Of a DNA stretch of 64,000 bases, positions 1 to 9,083 are shown piece by piece (positions within the stretch are counted from its first letter, which is position 1; each line of letters opens with the position of its first letter). Position numbers and translations under genes: made by a program. The stretch spans positions 224,001-288,000 of the forward strand of contig CBDIIB010000002.1 in NCBI GenBank assembly GCA_965279525.1, read 5' to 3'. Origin of the DNA: Tagaea sp. (lineage in GTDB: Bacteria; Pseudomonadota; Alphaproteobacteria; CACIAM-22H2). The notes beneath the pieces were generated by a model. That model was given only the letters and a program-made list of their open reading frames with translations. It was not told the DNA's origin and made no database searches.

Positions 1-786
1 GTGGATGAGCCTGAACCAGTGGTCGATGACGGCGGAGCCCACCTTCGTGGGGCTTTGCCAACTACGCGAAGATCTTCGCCGACCGGACCTTCTGGCGCGC
101 CTCGTGGAACACGTTTCGTCGTCGTCAACATCGTCGTCTATGGCGAGATGGCGCTGGGCCTCGGGCTCGCGTTCCTGCTCGCGGGCTGGATGCCGGGCAA
201 GCGCGTGCTGATCGCGTTGCTGATCGCCCCCTATGCGGTGACGGAAGTCAGCGCCGTCGTGATGTGGCGCTACGTGTTCGAACCCGACATCGGCATGGCG
301 AACTGGGCCTTGCAGCAGATCGGCCTCGACCAGCTCGACTGGACGGGCAGCCCGTTCGACGCGCTGGTGCTCGTGTCGGTGCTCAGCATCTGGATCCACA
401 CGCCGTTCACGTTCCTGCTGCTCTACGCGGCCGTCACGACGATCCCGGGCGAGCAGGTGGAAGCAGCCCATATCGACGGGGCGAGCGCCTGGCAGACCTT
501 CTGCTATGTGAAACTTCCCGCGATCATGCCGGCCCTGCTGATCGCCCTCATGTTCCGCTACATCACCGCGATGCGCGTGTTCGGCGAGGTGTGGTTGCTG
601 ACCGAGGGTGGCCCCGCACGCCTCACCGAAGTGCTCGCGGTCTATCTCTACCGCGAGGCGTTCCGCTACCACTCGTTCGGCGTGGGGGCGGCGACGGGCA
701 TCGCGATGCTGGCGATCTCGCTGGTGATCGCGTTGCCGTACCTGCACCAGATGTACAAGCGGATGTTCGGCCATGCGCGCACCTAG
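1..786 (+). CDS. Carbohydrate ABC transporter permease (MalF-like), 5'-partial, with two apparent +1 frameshifts near 54-56 and 114-116
   Basis: EAA loop (EQVEAAHIDGASAWQTF) and hydrophobic helices. The N-terminal part WMSLNQWSMTAEPTFVGL/ANYAKIFADRTFWRASWNT lies in other frames. Confidence 0.85.
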   Translation: MDEPEPVVDDGGAHLRGALPTTRRSSPTGPSGAPRGTRFVVVNIVVYGEMALGLGLAFLLAGWMPGKRVLIALLIAPYAVTEVSAVVMWRYVFEPDIGMANWALQQIGLDQLDWTGSPFDALVLVSVLSIWIHTPFTFLLLYAAVTTIPGEQVEAAHIDGASAWQTFCYVKLPAIMPALLIALMFRYITAMRVFGEVWLLTEGGPARLTEVLAVYLYREAFRYHSFGVGAATGIAMLAISLVIALPYLHQMYKRMFGHART

Positions 787-1606
787 GCCCGCCGCCAAGG
801 CCGTGCGCCTGTCGCTCGCCGCGATCGCGGTTGCGTGGTCGATCGCACCCATCGCGTTGATCGTGCTGGCGTCGTTCAAGCCGCCGCTCGAGATTTTCGC
901 GATCCCGCCCAAATTCGTCTTCACGCCGACGCTCGAGAACTACCAGCGCCTGTGGGTGGCGTGGCCCGCCTTCCTGCCCAACATGCTCAACAGCCTGATC
1001 GTCACGGCCGGCGCCACGCTCGTGACCGTCAGTGCGGCCCTGCTGGCGGGCTACGTCTATGCGCGCTTCTCCAGCCGCTTCCTCACCGCGTCGGCGTTCT
1101 TCATGATCGTCGTGCGCATGATGCCGCCGATCATCGTCACGCTGCCGTTGTTCCCGGTCATCAACTGGCTCAGGCTCAACGACACGCATCTGGTGCTGAT
1201 GCTGTTCTATTCGGCGTTCTTCGTGTCGATCTCGACCTGGATCCTGCGCGCCTTCATCGACCAGATCCCGCGCGAACTGGAAGAGGCGGCCTTCGTCGAC
1301 GGGGCCAACCTGCGCCAGATCCTGCTGCGCGTCGTGCTGCCGCTGGTCACCAACGGGCTGGTCGCGGCGTCCATCTTCGTCATCGTGTTCGCGTGGAACG
1401 AATATTTCTTCGCGCTCATCTTCACGACGCGCGAGGCGCGCACCACGCCGCTGGTGATCGCCGAGATCCTGAGCACGGTCGAAGGCGTGGACTGGGGCAT
1501 CCTGTTCGCGGCGGCCAGCGCCCAGCTCGCCCCGATCCTCGTCTTCGTCATCGCCGTGCAGCGCTACGTGATCGCCGGGCTGACGGCGAGTGCGGTGAAG
1601 GGGTAG
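773..1606 (+). CDS. Carbohydrate ABC transporter permease (MalG-like)
   Basis: IPRELEEAAFVDGAN EAA motif, FAWNEY, C-terminal GLTASAVKG. Overlaps the previous gene. Confidence 0.92.
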   Translation: MRAPRPAAKAVRLSLAAIAVAWSIAPIALIVLASFKPPLEIFAIPPKFVFTPTLENYQRLWVAWPAFLPNMLNSLIVTAGATLVTVSAALLAGYVYARFSSRFLTASAFFMIVVRMMPPIIVTLPLFPVINWLRLNDTHLVLMLFYSAFFVSISTWILRAFIDQIPRELEEAAFVDGANLRQILLRVVLPLVTNGLVAASIFVIVFAWNEYFFALIFTTREARTTPLVIAEILSTVEGVDWGILFAAASAQLAPILVFVIAVQRYVIAGLTASAVKG

Positions 1607-1727
1607 CCGTTCGGCAAAAGGTCCATTTTGAATTCATATGTAGGATCGGCTTTAGCAATCCGTAAACGGTGTTGATGTATTCGATGGGGATAGCGTGACC
1701 GTCCCCTCCGGCACCCGAAGCAGCATC

Positions 1728-3092
1728 ATGCCGTCCGTCGACGATTCGATCCTTGGTACGGTGACGACCGCAACACGGCTTCGCGCCGCGCGGACATTCG
1801 GACTCGTGCTCGGTGCCGCCGCACTGGCAAGCGTGCCTTGGGCGAGCACGCCGCTCTTCGGCACGCCGGCTTTCCTGCCGTCGTTCGGTGCAGCCGTCAG
1901 CCTGATCGAGCTTGCCACCGCCTACCTGCTGTTCGGCCAGTTCTTCGCGACCGGGCGGCTTCCCGCGGCGTTCCTCGCAAGCGCCTACCTCTTTTCCGCC
2001 GCGATCGTCGTCCCGCACATGCTCGTCTTTCCCGGCGTGGTCACGCCGGGCGGCATGCTCGGGGCCGGCACGCAGAGCGCCGTGTGGCTGTGGATCGCCT
2101 GGCACGGCGGGTTCCCCGCACTCGTGGCCCTCTATGCCGCGGTCGAAGGTGCGGCACCTTCCCCCGTCCGGCGGGAGCGGATCGTGCCGGTGGCGCTCGC
2201 GGCGTTCGCCGGCGTGCTGGGGCTCGTCGCGGCAGCGACGTTGCTCGCGACGGCGGGCGAGCATCTGCTGCCGACCGTGATCGTCGGCGGCCGCGGCGAC
2301 CTGATCGGCAACGGCATCGGGCCGGCGATCGTCGCGATCAACGTCGTGGCGTTGGGCTGGATCGTGCTGGGCTTGCGCTGCCGCACGTTCGTCCAGCTCT
2401 GGCTTGCGGTGGCGTTGCTCGCCTCGCTGCTCGACGTGTCGCTCACGCTCTATGCCCAGGCGCGCTTCACGCTCGGCTGGTACATGGCGCGGCTCAACAG
2501 CCTGCTTTCCGCCGGCGTCGTGTTCGCCGCGATGCTGCACGAGATGACGGTGATCTACGGGCGACTGCTGCATCTGCGCGACGAGTTGCAGCAGATGTCG
2601 GTGACCGACGCGCTGACCGGCCTGCCCAACCGGCGGCGGTTCGACGAGATGCTGGCGGCGGAATGGCGCCGGGCCGAGCGTGCGGCGACGCCGATGGCGC
2701 TGCTGATGATCGACGTGGACCACTTCAAGAACTACAACGACGCGCTCGGCCATCCGGCCGGCGATGCGTGCCTGCGCGCGATCGCGGGCGCCATCGCGCG
2801 GGCCGGCCGGCGTGCGGGCGACCTCGCCGCGCGTTTTGGCGGCGAGGAATTCGCCGTCGTGCTGCCGGGCGCCGACGGTGCGGGTGCAAGCGCCTATGCC
2901 GAACGCACGCTCGACGCGGTGCGCGCCCTCGGCCTGCCGCATCCGCGCGGCGAAGGCTGCAAGGTTACGGTCAGCATCGGTATCGCCGCGATGGTACCCG
3001 GCCCCGGCACCGATGCCGCCGGCCTGCTCGCCGCCGCAGATGCCGCCCTTTACCGCGCCAAGCAGGCTGGCCGCGACCGCGCGGCAGGATAG
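1728..3092 (+). CDS. Membrane-sensor (MASE4-like) diguanylate cyclase
   Basis: Multi-TM N-terminus, TDALTGLPNRR, DVDHFKNYND, RAGD I-site, RFGGEEF active site. Start uncertain (1695 GTG or 1728 ATG). Confidence 0.88.
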   Translation: MPSVDDSILGTVTTATRLRAARTFGLVLGAAALASVPWASTPLFGTPAFLPSFGAAVSLIELATAYLLFGQFFATGRLPAAFLASAYLFSAAIVVPHMLVFPGVVTPGGMLGAGTQSAVWLWIAWHGGFPALVALYAAVEGAAPSPVRRERIVPVALAAFAGVLGLVAAATLLATAGEHLLPTVIVGGRGDLIGNGIGPAIVAINVVALGWIVLGLRCRTFVQLWLAVALLASLLDVSLTLYAQARFTLGWYMARLNSLLSAGVVFAAMLHEMTVIYGRLLHLRDELQQMSVTDALTGLPNRRRFDEMLAAEWRRAERAATPMALLMIDVDHFKNYNDALGHPAGDACLRAIAGAIARAGRRAGDLAARFGGEEFAVVLPGADGAGASAYAERTLDAVRALGLPHPRGEGCKVTVSIGIAAMVPGPGTDAAGLLAAADAALYRAKQAGRDRAAG

Positions 3093-3102
3093 CGCAGCGG
3101 AT

Positions 3103-4038
3103 TCACTCTTTCAGGAACGCCGCCACCGGTGCCAGCGTGCGCGCCGGCGCTTCCTCGTGCGGCACATGGCCCAGATCGGGGAACGTGACGAGCCGTGCGT
3201 TTCCCAGCAGTCGCAGATAATCCTGCGCGTTCGCGACCGGGATCATCGCGTCCTTTTCTCCCCACACCAGCAGGACAGGGGCCGCGATGCGCGGCAATAG
3301 CGGGGCGGGGTCGGCGAGCACGGTCTGGCGCAGGCGCGCGATCATCGCGGCGCGCGCACCGGGTGCGCGCATCAGGTCGTGATAGCGCTTGGCAAGTTCG
3401 TCGGTCATCGCGGCGGGATCGCCATAAGCGGGGGCGAGGCTCATGCGCAGCAGGAAGGCGGGCAGGGCGAAGCGCATCGCCTCGATCGCGACGGGAACCG
3501 CGTGCGGCTTGCCGTACGCGAAGCCGGGGCTGGCGAACCCGTCGGGCGAGACGAGCACGAGCTTGGTCACGCGCGCCGGGTATGCGGCGGCAAAGCGCCA
3601 CGCGATGCGGCCCCCGATGGAATTTCCGACAAGTGCGGCGGACCGCAGGCCGAGCCGGTCGAGCAGGGCGGCGAGCAGTTCGAGGTTGCGCGCCTCGGTA
3701 TAGAGACCCGTCGGATCGGGCCCGCTCAGGCCCGAGCCCGGCAGATCGAAGCGCACGACGCGGTGCGTGGCTTCAAGCGCATTCGCCCACGGCTCCCACG
3801 TGTGCAGGCTTGCCCCGAAGCCGTGCAGCAGCACGATCGCGGGTGCTTCGCGTGGGCCGGTGTCGCGCACATGCAGGTGCGTGCCCGCGACCTCGACCAT
3901 GTCCGTGGGCTTCGCCAGATACCGCTTTTCCAGCAAGGCGCGCGGCAGATCGGGCGTCCACGCCCAGAAGGCGAGGCCGGCGACGAGCGTGGCGGCGGCA
4001 ATTCCGACTATCGACCAGATGTTCATGCCGGCAACGAC
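3103..4038 (-). CDS. Alpha/beta-fold hydrolase with N-terminal membrane anchor
   Basis: LLHGFG, GNSIGG nucleophile elbow, WGEKD and GHVPHEE motifs. Start uncertain (possible range about 4026-4065). Confidence 0.85.
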   Translation of the reverse strand, partial: VVAGMNIWSIVGIAAATLVAGLAFWAWTPDLPRALLEKRYLAKPTDMVEVAGTHLHVRDTGPREAPAIVLLHGFGASLHTWEPWANALEATHRVVRFDLPGSGLSGPDPTGLYTEARNLELLAALLDRLGLRSAALVGNSIGGRIAWRFAAAYPARVTKLVLVSPDGFASPGFAYGKPHAVPVAIEAMRFALPAFLLRMSLAPAYGDPAAMTDELAKRYHDLMRAPGARAAMIARLRQTVLADPAPLLPRIAAPVLLVWGEKDAMIPVANAQDYLRLLGNARLVTFPDLGHVPHEEAPARTLAPVAAFLKE

Positions 4039-4101
4039 ATAGGGTGCCCCCGCCCGCATGTCCATTCCGCGCTCACGCGAAACGCGCTATTGAAGCTGCC
4101 G

Positions 4102-4656
4102 ATGTCGCACGGAACTTCCATCCTCGACGGCGACGAGATCCTTGCCCGCTGCGATCCGACGCTCGCCCGGCTGCACGCTCTGTGGGAATCCAAGCGTGTG
4201 ATGGAGGCGCTGCCGGCCCGTGCCGCGTTCGACCCGTCCGAATTCCGGCCGTGGCTGGGCAGGCTGGGCCTGCTCGACGTGCTGCCCGCTTCGCTGCCCG
4301 ACGGGGCGGATTTCCGCTACCGGCTGATCGGCACGGGCATGGTCGCGCAGTTCGGACGCGATCTCACGGGCGATCTCGTCTCGAACCAGTCGCTGACGGC
4401 CGACATCCCGGCCGCCCTTGCCAATCTGCGCGCCGTCTGCGCCAACCGCGTGCCGCGCTGGCGCACCGATCTTGTCCCGTGCATCGAGGGCACGCGCATG
4501 GCGGGCGAGCGGATCTATCTGCCGCTCGCGGCCGATGGCGAGACGGTCGACATGATCCTGTTCTGCACGCTGCATGCGCGCGATGCCGACGGCGAACCCG
4601 CCGTGCTGCCGCACGACACGCTCTGGAACGACCCGCCGGGGAGTCGCTCGACCTAA
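4102..4656 (+). CDS. Stand-alone PAS_5-type domain protein
   Basis: W..KR....LP.R..FDP, FRYRLIGT....FGRDLTG and ERIYLPL pattern typical of this family. Confidence 0.75.
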   Translation: MSHGTSILDGDEILARCDPTLARLHALWESKRVMEALPARAAFDPSEFRPWLGRLGLLDVLPASLPDGADFRYRLIGTGMVAQFGRDLTGDLVSNQSLTADIPAALANLRAVCANRVPRWRTDLVPCIEGTRMAGERIYLPLAADGETVDMILFCTLHARDADGEPAVLPHDTLWNDPPGSRST

Positions 4657-5006
4657 CGCGCGGGCTGCCGGTTCAGGAACGGGCTGGGGGCGGAGCGCCC
4701 GCGCGGCGGGAAGGCGGCCGCGAGATAGTCGAGCGTCTCGTCGAGCGCTTCGCCTTCCAGCGGCGGCATGTTGTGGCGCTGGACCATGATGTCCAGCACC
4801 TCGGCCCAGCGCTGGCGGCTGTGGCCTTGCGCCTTGACCAGCGCCGAGCCGTGGCACGCGGTGCAATAATAGAACACGTCGTCGCGGTGCTTGCCGTCGG
4901 GGAACACGGTCGGTTCCTCGGGCTCGCGGTCCTCGGCGCGCGCGGAGTATCCGGCCGTGCCGCCGATCAGCAGCACGGCCAGGGAGAGCATCGCAAGTCG
5001 CATCAT
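4653..5006 (-). CDS. Periplasmic monoheme cytochrome c (SorU/SorB-like)
   Basis: Signal peptide, CTACH heme motif, distal HNM. Overlaps the stop of the molybdoenzyme gene. Confidence 0.85.
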   Translation of the reverse strand: MMRLAMLSLAVLLIGGTAGYSARAEDREPEEPTVFPDGKHRDDVFYYCTACHGSALVKAQGHSRQRWAEVLDIMVQRHNMPPLEGEALDETLDYLAAAFPPRGRSAPSPFLNRQPAR

Positions 5007-6319
5007 GCCGGGATGAGCACCGCCACGCGGTGCATGACGTTGCCGCCATAGCCCTGCGGGTTCCAGTTCGCCGCCGCATGGCTCTGGCTGCGGCCGGTGC
5101 TGTCAGTGGCGCGCACCCAGAACTCGTAGTAGCCGGCGGTCGGCAGTGTCAGTTCCGTCGACCAAGTTTGCCACGAATACTTGTTCACGGGCCCCGCGAC
5201 GCGCGCGGCCCGCCAGTTCTGCCCGTAGCTGGCCGAGACATGGACCTCCGCCACCGAATGGTCGCCGGCCCACGCATGGCCGCGCAGGCGGATGCGCCGC
5301 GTGCCCGGCTTAAGCTCGGTGCCGTTGGCGATGTTGGTGATGATCGAGCGCACCGGCATCGATTCGAGGATGCGGAAGTTCTTCGGGTCCGGCTTGTCGC
5401 CGGGCACCATCGGCACGATGGGCACGCGATAGCTGGTACCGGTCATGCCCTGGCCGTCATGCTCCTTGTCGCGGATCTGGATGCGGTTCAGCCATTTCTG
5501 CGAAGCGGAGCCCGGCCAGCCCGGCACGATCAGGCGCAGGGGCGCCCCGTTGACCTGCGGGATCGCGCCGCCGTTGACCGCGTAGGCGATGATCGTGTGT
5601 TCCTCCATCGCCTTGGAAATCGGCACGCCGCGGCTGATCGCCTGGCGCGTCGGGTCGCCCTGCAGGTTCAAGTCGCGCCCGAAATGCGCGGTGTATTTCG
5701 CGGTGGACTTCAGGCCGGCGGCCTCCAGCACGTCCTTGAGGCGCACGCCGGTCCAGCGCGCGTTGGCGATGGCGCCGTTGCCCCACTGGTTGCCGCTCGC
5801 CTTGGGCTCGAACGCCGAACGCCCGTTGCCGCCGCATTCCATTTGCAGGGCGAGCGTGACGGGCCGGAAGCGGCTGCGCAGGTCGCCGAGCGTGAGTTTC
5901 AGCGGGCGCTCGACCTCGCCGTCGACGACCAGCTCCCACGAATTGACGTCGCCGGCGAACGGGTCGGGCGGCGTGCCGTTGTTGCGGATGAAGATCTTGT
6001 CGTTGGGCGTGATGTCGTCGTCGAGCATGTGCTCGGGCGTCTCGCACACCAGCGGCCGGTCGCCGAGGATCACGAGTTCGGCCTTGCCGTCCATCTTCAG
6101 GATCTTCGGGGCCGCCGCCGCACCTTGTGCAAGCGCCGCCGGGATCAGGCCGCCGGGCATCGCTCCGCCGAACGGGATCGTGCCGCCGAGCATCGCCCCC
6201 ATCGTCGCGAGACCGGCGCCACGCAGCACGCCACGCCGCCCGAACACGAGCGCGTCGGCGCGCTCGGGATCGTCGCGATAGAGCTCAAGCAGTCCGCGTT
6301 CTTTCCAGTTGGTCGCCAT
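5003..6319 (-). CDS. Sulfite oxidase-family molybdoenzyme (SorT/SorA-like sulfite dehydrogenase)
   Basis: Tat motif GRRGVL, FIRNN, ECGGNGR Mo-ligand Cys, WTGVRL, GAPLRLIVPGWPG, WNPQGY dimerisation domain. Confidence 0.88.
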   Translation of the reverse strand: MATNWKERGLLELYRDDPERADALVFGRRGVLRGAGLATMGAMLGGTIPFGGAMPGGLIPAALAQGAAAAPKILKMDGKAELVILGDRPLVCETPEHMLDDDITPNDKIFIRNNGTPPDPFAGDVNSWELVVDGEVERPLKLTLGDLRSRFRPVTLALQMECGGNGRSAFEPKASGNQWGNGAIANARWTGVRLKDVLEAAGLKSTAKYTAHFGRDLNLQGDPTRQAISRGVPISKAMEEHTIIAYAVNGGAIPQVNGAPLRLIVPGWPGSASQKWLNRIQIRDKEHDGQGMTGTSYRVPIVPMVPGDKPDPKNFRILESMPVRSIITNIANGTELKPGTRRIRLRGHAWAGDHSVAEVHVSASYGQNWRAARVAGPVNKYSWQTWSTELTLPTAGYYEFWVRATDSTGRSQSHAAANWNPQGYGGNVMHRVAVLIPA

Positions 6320-6491
6320 GGCGTCATCTCCCGTATTTTTTGCGATTCTTTGTATTAGGGGAGTCTAACATGTTCGCGCGGAATGTCGATTCACAGACGC
6401 CGCAAGACGTGCGTTCGACGCACGATGAAAATCCAGTCCTGCATGCACTCGGCTACGAGGGCGCAACACTTGCGGAAGTCGGGGAAGCATC

Positions 6492-6520
6492 TTGACATCA
6501 TGTACCTTATGCGGTACATG
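6492..6520 (+). promoter_or_regulatory. sigma70-type promoter with palindromic operator for the TA operon
   Basis: TTGACA at 6492-6497. The perfect inverted repeat CATGTACC-N6-GGTACATG (6499-6520) covers the -10 position. Confidence 0.7.
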
Positions 6521-6533
6521 AACGCGTAGGCCG

Positions 6534-6878
6534 ATGGTCGATGGTCTTAAAAAGTTTCCGGCGAAATTCTATCGGTCGAAAACGGGAAGCGAGCCCGTGC
6601 GGGACTGGCTCAAGGATCTTTCGCTCGAAGACCGAAAGGTTGTCGGGGCGGATATTGCGGCGGCGGAATTCGGATGGCCGATTGGCATGCCTCTTTGCAA
6701 GCCGCTCGGAAGAGGTCTTTGGGAAATTCGAAGCGGCATATCCGACGGCAGGATTTCCCGGGTTATTTTCTGTTCTGCGGACGGCTTCATGGTTCTGCTC
6801 CATGCATTCGTGAAGAAATCGCGGAAGTCACCGAAGCAGGATCTCGATCTGGCGCTGGATCGAAAGAAGGAACTCTGA
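6534..6878 (+). CDS. Type II TA toxin, RelE/HigB superfamily (Gp49-like)
   Basis: FY...G.EPVRDWL, GLWEIR, R.IF and LLHAFVKKS.K.P..DL.LA.R pattern. Confidence 0.88.
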   Translation: MVDGLKKFPAKFYRSKTGSEPVRDWLKDLSLEDRKVVGADIAAAEFGWPIGMPLCKPLGRGLWEIRSGISDGRISRVIFCSADGFMVLLHAFVKKSRKSPKQDLDLALDRKKEL

Positions 6879-6879
6879 C

Positions 6880-7164
6880 GTGAGCAAAAATCCCCGCATT
6901 GGTTCCTCCTTTGAAGACTTCCTGGATAAGGAAGGCATCGCGGACGCCGTCAATGCGCACGCCATCAAGCGCGTGATTGCCTGGCAGGTGCAGAAGGCGA
7001 TGACGGCAGGTCGCATCAGCAAGGTGGACATGGCCAAGCGCATGAAGACCAGCCGCGCGCAGCTTGACCGCCTGCTCGACCCGAAGAATGACCGTGTCCA
7101 GCTCGACACGATCCAGCGGGCCGCGACGGCAGTCGGGCGTCGTTTGCGCTTCGAGTTGGTCTGA
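6880..7164 (+). CDS. XRE-family HTH antitoxin (HigA-like)
   Basis: GSSFEDFL, MAKRMKTSRAQLDRLLDP HTH. Lies 1 nt after the toxin stop. Confidence 0.85.
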   Translation: MSKNPRIGSSFEDFLDKEGIADAVNAHAIKRVIAWQVQKAMTAGRISKVDMAKRMKTSRAQLDRLLDPKNDRVQLDTIQRAATAVGRRLRFELV

Positions 7165-7370
7165 TCCGGTCTTTGTACGATTGTGCAATTTATAGGAGTG
7201 CATAAAAGGGTTGTAATTCATGGAGAGTCGCTTAGAATAATTCCCCAATCGCTCTTTGACATGGTGAATAAGCCCACCATGCCGGCAGGTCGAGGCCGGA
7301 AGAATTCGTGCAGGTTGGACGGACTACATGAGACGTGATTTTTTGCCGTCGCCTCGTCTCATCGGCCTCA

Positions 7371-7430
7371 TATCAACGGGTTAGGCAGTTGACGGTCAAC
7401 TGCCGTCAACTGCTGTCAACTCCCGTCAAG
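7371..7430. repeat. IHF-consensus site followed by a palindrome and 10-bp phased GTCAA(C/G) direct repeats
   Basis: TATCAACGGGTTA (7371-7383) matches WATCAANNNNTTR. Palindrome GGCAGTTGAC-G-GTCAACTGCC at 7384-7404. GTCAAC at 7395, 7405 and 7415, GTCAAG at 7425. Confidence 0.65.
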
Positions 7431-7449
7431 CGAAGTTTGCTGCGAAAAC

Positions 7450-7932
7450 CTACGGCCGCTTCGCGTCGATCGGCACGCCGGGCTGCATCTTGGTCGTGCG
7501 GATCGTCAGCGCGGATTTCACCGTCGCCACGTTGGGCGCGGCCGTCAGCTGGCTCGTCAGGAATTTCTCGTAAGAGTCCCAGTCGTGCGCCACGACCTTC
7601 AGCAGGAAGTCGGTCTCGCCGGTCAGCATGTGGCACTCGCGCACCATCGGCCAGGACTGCAGCAGGTCCTGGAACGCGCGCAGGTCGGCGTCGGCCTGGC
7701 TCTTCAGGCTCACACTCGCGAACACCGTCACGCCGAATCCCAGCGCCAGCGGGTCGATGTCGGCATGGTAGCCGCGCACGATCTTCGCTTCTTCGAGCAC
7801 GCGCACGCGGCGCAGGCAGGGCGGGGCGGACACACCGGCGCGCCGTGCCAGTTCCACGTTGGTCATCCGGCCGTCGTTCTGGAGGTCGTGGAGGATCTGG
7901 CGATCGACGTCGTCGAGCTTGTGGCCGCGCAT
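7450..7932 (-). CDS. Lrp/AsnC family transcriptional regulator
   Basis: LDDVDRQIL..LQ.DGRMTNVELARRAGVSAPPCLRRVR and ECHMLTGETDFLLK. Confidence 0.93.
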   Translation of the reverse strand: MRGHKLDDVDRQILHDLQNDGRMTNVELARRAGVSAPPCLRRVRVLEEAKIVRGYHADIDPLALGFGVTVFASVSLKSQADADLRAFQDLLQSWPMVRECHMLTGETDFLLKVVAHDWDSYEKFLTSQLTAAPNVATVKSALTIRTTKMQPGVPIDAKRP

Positions 7933-8049
7933 TAATGTATGTCCGTCCTGTCGTGATGTTGAAATATTATTAGCAAACGGCATGCCGAAAGCAAAGCGAA
8001 TGGCTAAAGAAATTGCGCGAAACGGGCGGGCGGGCCAAAACACCCCGAT

Positions 8050-9012
8050 ATGAAACCCCGAACAGCGTGGATCATCAGCCCCGGCCAGGTGGGCATGAAG
8101 GCACAGTGCCGCGGCCTCGCCGAAGCACTCGGCCTTGCCTACGAGTTCCGCGACGTGCGCTTCCGCTTTCCGTTCACGTGGCTTCCCGAGCCGGCGCTCG
8201 TCGGCGATCCGTTCGCCAAGCTGCATGCCGCGTCCGCGCGGCTTGATCCGCCGTGGCCGGATGTGGCGATCACGCTGGGTTCGCGCTGCGCGCCCATCGG
8301 TGTCGCGATGAAGCGGGCGAGCGGCGGCAAGGTCACCGCGTTGCACGTGCAGCGGCCGGGCGTGCCGGTGGGCTGGCTCGATGCCGTCGTGGCGCCGTGG
8401 CACGACCAGGTGCAGGGCGACAACGTGATCGAGACAGTGGCGGCCCTCCACCACGTCACGCCAGAGAAGCTCGATGCGGCGCGCACGCAGTGGATGCCTG
8501 CGTTCGCACACCTGAAGCGCCCGCTGGTGGCCTTCCTGCTCGGCGGATCGAACGGCTGGCGGCGCTATCGCATGAGCGACGAGGCGGTGGCGCGCATCGC
8601 CGCCGGCATCGCGCGGCTGGGTGCAGCGGGGATCGGCGTTGCGCTGACGCCGTCGCGCCGCACGGATCCCGCCGCCGCCGCCGCGTTGCGCGCAGCCGTC
8701 GCTTCCGTCGGCGGCTATGCGTGGGACGGGGCGGGCGACAATCCGTATATCGGACTGCTCGCGTGCGCGGATGCCATCGTCGTGACCGAAGACTCGGTCT
8801 CGATGACCAGCGAGGCGCTGTCGACCGGCAAGCCGGTCTTCGTCGCCGCCCTGACCGGCCGGTCGGGCCGCATCGCCGCTTTCCAAGCCGAAATGCAGCG
8901 CAAGGGCCTGACGCGGCCCTTCGACGGAAGCTACGCGACCTGGGCCTACGATCCGCCCGACGACACGGCCCGCGCGGCCCGCCTGCTGCGCGAACGATTT
9001 GGCTGGGGATAA
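8050..9012 (+). CDS. ELM1-family (DUF1022) protein
   Basis: PPWPD, P.HD, LLGG, TPSRRT, GDNPY and VTEDSVSM.SEA.STGKP motifs. Confidence 0.85.
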   Translation: MKPRTAWIISPGQVGMKAQCRGLAEALGLAYEFRDVRFRFPFTWLPEPALVGDPFAKLHAASARLDPPWPDVAITLGSRCAPIGVAMKRASGGKVTALHVQRPGVPVGWLDAVVAPWHDQVQGDNVIETVAALHHVTPEKLDAARTQWMPAFAHLKRPLVAFLLGGSNGWRRYRMSDEAVARIAAGIARLGAAGIGVALTPSRRTDPAAAAALRAAVASVGGYAWDGAGDNPYIGLLACADAIVVTEDSVSMTSEALSTGKPVFVAALTGRSGRIAAFQAEMQRKGLTRPFDGSYATWAYDPPDDTARAARLLRERFGWG

Positions 9013-9083
9013 CGCGCAAGGCGCCTTTCGCAGCTTGGACATGCCTGCTAGGTTTGCGTCAAACGCATAGCAGGACGAGTCCG

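Noticed and set aside
1652-1667. CtrA-like site TTAG-N7-TAAAC upstream of the cyclase
   Set aside because: It has two mismatches to TTAA-N7-TTAAC, which is too weak without conservation data.
7261-7338. 25-codon ORF (MVNKPTMPAG...) in the spacer
   Set aside because: No clear RBS or recognisable features, so it cannot be supported.
7384-7430. Possible CRISPR or mini-array
   Set aside because: The period is 10 bp, with no spacers and no cas genes. Reported instead as a binding-site-like repeat.
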